From Dromiciops gliroides (Eukaryota), in NCBI RefSeq assembly GCF_019393635.1, contig NC_057863.1:490520948-490584947 (forward strand): a stretch of DNA of 64,000 nt. Reading direction: 5' to 3'. The translations under genes were made by a program, and so were the position numbers. Below are positions 59,225-64,000 of this stretch, in pieces (positions within the stretch are counted from its first letter, which is position 1; each line of letters starts with the position of its first letter). Under the pieces are notes generated by a model that saw only the letters and a program-made list of their open reading frames with translations, did no database searches and was not told the DNA's origin.

Positions 59225-59445
59225 CTCTAATTGAGTGGTGGTGTAGTGGATAGAGCATGGGGCCTGAAGTCAAGATAACTTGAGTTCAAATCCAGTCTCA
59301 GATACTTACTAGCTGTGTGACCTTGGGCAAGTCACTTAACCCTGTTTGCCTCAGTTTCCTCATCTGTCAAATGAACTGGAGAAGGAAATTGCAAACTACT
59401 CCAGTATCTTTGCCAAGAAAACCCCAAATGGAGTCATAAAGAATC
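59225..59445 (+). mobile_element. Older MIR-type (CORE/MIR-like) SINE with the characteristic 3' domain …ggagaaggaaattgcaaactactccagtatctttgccaagaaaaccccaaatggagtc…. Similar copies at 39675-39840 and 35590-35700.
   Basis: tRNA-like head gagtggtggtgtagtggatagagcatggggcctgaagtcaagataacttgagttcaaatccagtctcagatacttactagctgtgtgaccttgggcaagtcacttaaccc… plus the conserved MIR-like 3' domain. Confidence 0.65.
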
Positions 59446-60419
59446 AGACATGACTAAAGTGACTGAACAACAAAAACTACTACTGTGGGCTAAGTACTAC
59501 AAAACTAATTGCTCTTTTACATTCTTCCAATTCTTTAAATATATTTTTTTAAGACAGAGGTCATGTGCTAGCAAAAGTTCTCTTTTCTCTAGGCCAAACA
59601 TCCTCAGTCCTTTGATGAATCATTGGATGGAATAATTTCAAGTCCCGTTACCATCTTGCTTCCTTTGATCAAGTTTGTCCATGTTTGCTTTAAAATCTAG
59701 TATCAGAATTGGCCATAATGTTCTTGATGTAGTCTGACCAGGGTAGAATCCAGTTGCATCATCATTTCCCTTGCTGTCAGCAGAGTTCTTCTATGAATGC
59801 AGCAGACCACATTAGCTTTTCCGGCAGCTCCCTTACATGAATGATTGATTCTTAGCTTGTAGCCCACAAAAATCCTTAGGTCTTTTTCACATGAAATGCT
59901 ATATAGTCATGTCTTTTCATCCTTTGTACAGTTGAGCTTTTTAAATCTAAGTATAGACCTTCACATTGATCTCTGTTCAATTTCATCTTTCAAGCTTTAG
60001 TTCTGCTCACCACCATTGTAATTTGTTGAGATTTTTTAGCCCCTGTATTATTTATCTCTCACAGTTTCATTTCATATTGAAAAACATGCAGTCTGTGCCT
60101 TCATCCTTTTGCTTAAGTTATTCACAAAGTTTTTAACTAAATTAGACTGTGTTACTACATTAGAGATTTTCTTTCAGGTAGACATTGATATATTAGCTAA
60201 TATTCTTTAATTTATTATACAAAACCAAACCATAATTACCCCAAATATTGTTTAGCAAGCACAAGATTGTCAATTCTTGTATTTGATGGATCTGTAATAA
60301 TGTCAAGTGACAACAGATTCAAATGAAACTGTAATGAATTTGGTCATTTTTCCTTCCAAATGTTTTTTAAATAGTTGCACTGGTTGATAACTAATTTTTT
60401 CCAATAAAAAAGGATTTAC

Positions 60420-60557
60420 CTCACTTTCCTTGTTTGGGTGCTTTTCAACCCACATTCTTGGGAGGTAAGCCTCTCCTATATGGATCTGAAGAGAGAAGCC
60501 TTTGCTGTCTAAGGAACTGTTATCCAAAGTACTGATTACAGCTTTGCAGTCTGTTCT
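60420..60557 (-). CDS. PARP4: PARP4 exon. Encodes RTDCKAVISTLDNSSLDSKGFSLQIHIGEAYLPRMWVEKHPNKESE.
   Basis: Acceptor tttcttttgttgtaTAG|AGAACA, donor AGTGAG|GTAAAT. Matches human RTDCKAVISTMEGSSLDSSGFSLHIGLSAAYLPRMWVEKHPEKESE. 138 nt, phase 0/0. Confidence 0.9.
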
Positions 60558-61038
60558 CTATACAACAAAAGAAAAAACAATATTTGATTTTGTTGAATAT
60601 TGTCCATTTTTCCCAGTCATTACAGCATAACATTATTTTCAAAGCAGGGTTTAAAGGAGAGCTAAAAATAAATTCTGAAGTTATGGGTTTCTGATCAGTT
60701 GAAAGATATTAATTCTTAGGGCAAGACTTTCATTTCAGTCACATTCAGGTATATCATGAAATTAAAAATTTGTATTTATCTACATAGCCAAAATAAAGTA
60801 GAAAATAACACTTTTAATTAAGTCATTAGGTACGTAGACTGTCCTCCAATATGCCTTTCTTTAAATTATCTAGTGTGGTCCAGAATATACCTGAAAGTCA
60901 CATTTTAAAAAACTTATCTTACAATTTAAAAATCTTACAAATGAGTCTCACTGATGGTAACCTTTATAATAGACATTTTTACAAATATGAAATGATTTAA
61001 AAATATAGATAATAAAGTTTTAAAAAAGACTTACATAC

Positions 61039-61117
61039 CTTTAGTTTGAGTTTATGTGTATCACTGGTAATTAATTCAATTATATGTGGCATCTCAATTG
61101 ATATATTTAAAGAGAAT
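61039..61117 (-). CDS. PARP4: PARP4 exon of 79 nt. Encodes (R)FSLNISIEMPHIIELITSDTHKLKLK.
   Basis: Acceptor ttttttcttcatatttgaTAG|ATTCTC, donor CTAAAG|GTATGT. Matches human SFSLTMSIEMPYVIEFIFSDTHELKQK. Phase 2 in, phase 0 out. Confidence 0.85.
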
Positions 61118-61289
61118 CTATCAAATATGAAGAAAAAAGGAATTCAATTTAATATACAGAAAGATATTACTTTCCTTCACATACTCTAGTTTTCAGCAAA
61201 AATATACTACAAGTTGTCCTTCAGATTTTATATGCTAGCTACTAGTGTTTCCCAAATTACCTTGTATTTATTTTGAATATACTGATATG

Positions 61290-61600
61290 TGCTGTTGTCT
61301 CCTCTACTGAATGTAAGCTCCTTGAGGGAGGGACTATTTCATTTTTGTCTTTGTGTTCATGGATTGATCACACCCTTTAGAATTCACACAGGCTATCTCC
61401 CATGCCTAGAATACATAACCTTTTCATTACTCCTTTGTAAGCCTTATCAGCTAAGTTACCATCTCCTTTGCAGGATATTATTTGATTCCCTCCATCCAAA
61501 GGTATTCTCTCCCCTTAAAATTTTGCTAGAACACTTTGGAGTTCTTCTTTGCTCCTATGAAACTTGGCCTTGTATCAAATACTTATATGTATATACTGCT
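61290..61600 (+). repeat. Interspersed repeat of the family also seen at 1080-1400, 5100-5900 and 44700-45250 (…gaatgtaagctccttgagggcaggga…-type element). Intronic.
   Basis: Shared blocks such as aatgtaagctccttgagggagggactatttcatttttgtctttgt… and …ctcctttgcaggatattatttgattccctccatccaaag… recur at several places in the window. Confidence 0.45.
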
Positions 61601-61701
61601 TTTCAAATGGAACCTTAAAATATTAAACTAATGTCCATTAAATTCAGTCACTGAAATATTAAGGCTCTATATTTTATATGTTAAGGCTTTAAGCAACTTA
61701 C

Positions 61702-61748
61702 CGTTGCTGCATTCCTAATTCCTTAATACAAACTTTATCCACTGTATC
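61702..61748 (-). CDS. PARP4: PARP4 exon of 47 nt. Encodes DTVDKVCIKELGMQQ(R).
   Basis: Acceptor gttcttattttgacAG|GATACA, donor CAACG|GTAAGT. Matches human DTVEKICIKEIGTKQ. Phase 0 in, phase 2 out. Confidence 0.8.
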
Positions 61749-62047
61749 CTGTCAAAATAAGAACATTATCATGAATTTTCAGAGTGAGTTTAATAGAACA
61801 ATTGGCATATAAAGAAAATGCTAGGCCACTGAATATACTCACATCAAGTAAACTCCTGGTAACATAAATAATGCTATCAGTTTGTGACTTTGCACATCTG
61901 CAAACATTTCCATGGTTTGCAAATGTTGTCCTTTGTGAAATAGGAGTCACTGTCAATTCAACTAATTATTGAGCAATATACTCAGAAAAGTTAATGAAAT
62001 AACAACTAACAGCAAACATTTATGTAGTACTTACTATATGCTAAGCA

Positions 62048-62210
62048 CTTGACAATTCTCTCTCTCTCTCTCTCTCTGCAGGGCAGTGAAGTTTAAGTGT
62101 CTTGCCCAGGGTCACACAGCTAGTAAGTGTCAAAATCTGAGTCTGGATTTGAACTCATGTCCTCCTGAATCCAGGGCTGGTGCTTTATCCACTGCTGCCA
62201 CCTAGCTACA
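62048..62210 (-). mobile_element. SINE1/MAR1-type SINE, reverse orientation, preceded by (CT)n. TSD ctgacaatt.
   Basis: (ct)10 then gcagggcagtgaagtttaagtgtcttgcccagggtcacacagctagtaagtgtcaaaatctgagtctggatttgaactcatgtcctcctgaatccagggctggtgctttatccactgctgccacctagctaca. Confidence 0.85.
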
Positions 62211-62623
62211 CTGACAATTATTATCTCTTTTGATCCTCTTAACAATTCTGGGAGGTAGGTAATATTATTAACCCCATTTTACAGATAAAGAAATTGAGGT
62301 GAACAGGTAAAGTGACTTGCCCAGGGTCATATATCTACTAAGTATCTTCAGGGGGGATATGAAATCAGGTCTTCCTGACTCTAAGCCTGATGCTCTCTCT
62401 GCCATACCATTCTAGCTGCCTCTAATTGCTACTGATATTCAAAAGAGGGCAACTGAAAATAATTTTTTTCTCATTTTTCTCACTGTCATATATGCTAAAT
62501 TCTGTTATCTTCAGGAAACGTTACCTATTTATACCAAGGACATTAGATTCCTTTTGATAATTAATTTTAAAACTATAACTCCAAAGAAAATATCACTTAA
62601 AATGTAATGTTAAATAAACAAAC

Positions 62624-62788
62624 CTGCAAGTTTTCAGTTAAAGCTTTGTCCTGCTGCCATGGTGCTACAGTAGCGGGCATGAAGAAGTTGGCACATCCAT
62701 GATGAAAACTGAGCTCAGTGATATAGGTAATTTTGATAAGAACTTTGGCCTGTGGTGGTAAGTTTCCAATGCTCACAGTAAAGACATC
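62624..62788 (-). CDS. PARP4: PARP4 exon, C-terminal part of the VIT (vault protein inter-alpha-trypsin) domain. Encodes DVFTVSIGNLPPQAKVLIKITYITELSFHHGCANFFMPATVAPWQQDKALTENLQ.
   Basis: Acceptor ataatgtttccatttcAG|GATGTC, donor TTGCAG|GTTTGT. Matches human DVFTVSVGNLPPKAKVLIKITYITELSILGTVGVFFMPATVAPWQQDKALNENLQ. 165 nt, phase 0/0. Upstream exons lie beyond 64000, or are undetected in 62800-64000. Confidence 0.85.
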
Positions 62789-63980
62789 CTGAAATGGAAA
62801 CATTATTCACTTTACCAATCTAAGACCTATTTAGTTCAAGGTCACCATTTAATGTTCTATGTTAATAAACAATTCAAATAAAGACATTATACCTAGCTTC
62901 TGAAAAACTTTTCCTAGGAAAATGGTAATAGTGTTTAAACTTATTTTGAAGATTCACAATTTTGCTAAGGTTGGCACTCCTTTCATCAATTCAGACTTTG
63001 ATCTTTCTATGCCTTAGTAGGTGAATTGCTGTAGTCAAAAACAAGTTATCACCTGATAATGTAATGTTAAGCCTTTCTTAATTTCTTACATAACACACAG
63101 AGTATCCATTGCTAGGCCCCTACATGAAATCTTTCCAGCTTGGTGCAATCTGCCAAAATACTACCTATATTAATCCTTATAATTTTTAAATCTAGATTAA
63201 GACCTTTCCCTGACTCTTGGTGAACCCACTTACTGTATTTTCTTTTCTTTTTTAATGGAGAAAAGGAAATATTAATCCAAACAAGATAGCTTGGTGAACA
63301 TCTAAGAAATGTCTTCCTCCCTCCCCCATACTTGTTAATTCTTCAGAGGTCCTACACCAACTTCAAATAGATAACAGACCTAGCACTACACCCTACTTCT
63401 TGGCTCAAAGGACTGCCTTCTGGGAGAGATTGATAGTCTCATTTTTAAAAATAAATTTCCCTGGAAAACCTCAGGCTTTCAGGTTAAAATTTACTCCCAC
63501 AGAATAATAAGTCTAGTACCAAAGATAGTTCAAGAAGGCTATTAAAATAGTGTTGCTTCATCATATGTAAACTTATTTTTTCTTTATGTTAAGGCATTTG
63601 AAAGTTAAAGAAAGGTTTTTGATATCATCTGGTTCCTCTTCTAGTTAGTTCAATCGAAAGACTGTAAAAAATGATGGGCTTGGACATTATAATCTCAAAG
63701 CTCCCTTTGAACTTTGCAATTCTATAATTCTAAAGAAGTCAATAGAACATCATATTTAGAGAAGGGTTTACAATCCTTCTAGGAACCTAATTTTATTTAT
63801 TTATCTATTTACTTATCCATTCATTCATTTTTTTTAAGTTCCTGAATCTCTGAAGCAAAGACTGATTGACCATTCATGGTTTATGTTCAAGTTAGACTCA
63901 ATGGTATCAGAGATTCCTTCTAACTTTTGAGATTCTTTTATTTATTTATTTATCTATCTATCCATTTGTTTATTTATTTA

Positions 63981-64000
63981 TTGTTTTGCAGGGCAGTGAG
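63981..64000 (-). mobile_element. Start of another reverse-orientation SINE1, truncated by the window edge.
   Basis: ttgttttgcagggcagtgag at the extreme 3' end of the window. Same start as the other reverse copies. Confidence 0.5.

Noticed and set aside
63436-63477. Candidate upstream VIT-domain exon (…LLELSLVLDLLFCG with a GGGA|GTAAAT donor) in 63400-63500 (-).
   Set aside because: It has only weak, gapped resemblance to the expected KYIFPLDDKAAVCG motif. It lacks the conserved aromatic-F-P-L signature. I judged it a chance match. The true upstream exon is probably beyond position 64000.
1-64000. A prokaryotic-style novel system (operon, CRISPR array, defence island) as hinted by the task wording.
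   Set aside because: The sequence is clearly a vertebrate nuclear genome: marsupial SINE1/MAR1 and L1 repeats, a CpG island, and spliced genes with GT-AG introns. There are no CRISPR-like direct-repeat/spacer arrays and no polycistronic ORF clusters.

Overview
This 64-kb window is vertebrate genomic DNA, almost certainly from a marsupial (opossum-like), and it carries parts of two minus-strand genes. It is not prokaryotic. I counted about 35 copies of a tRNA-derived SINE1/MAR1-type element, several still with target-site duplications, plus several L1 3'-end fragments and a CpG-island promoter. I found no CRISPR arrays, operons or defence systems.

The two genes:
- **MPHOSPH8 (MPP8), first coding exon, 2074..2295 (-).** It encodes the N-terminus into the chromodomain (…EEDVFEVEKILDVKTE) and ends at an AG|GTGAGT donor. 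The CpG island and promoter run 1690..3070, with three CCAAT boxes and a (GGA)n/poly-G tract.
- **PARP4 (vault poly-ADP-ribose polymerase), 3' two-thirds.** Guided by my recollection of the human protein, I reconstructed 18 exons from 62788 down to 18102. They cover the VIT domain, the vWA domain, a 1104-nt proline-rich exon and the MVP-interacting C-terminus. Every exon has an AG/GT boundary. The reading frame closes consistently onto a TAG stop at 18102-18104. The 5' part of the gene lies beyond position 64000.

The two genes lie tail-to-head on the same strand, about 15.6 kb apart. The spacer is filled with SINEs and L1 fragments.

Most notable observations:
- A ~300-bp inverted repeat pair (~94% identical) brackets the 100-nt PARP4 exon at 47758..47857.
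- A SINE has inserted about 10 bp from a splice donor.
- Two SINEs sit tail-to-tail at 4834..5127 and form a ~290-bp imperfect palindrome.
- The ORF track's M starts include TTG/GTG, so track ORFs are mostly unrelated to real exon structure. I placed exons by homology and splice signals instead.
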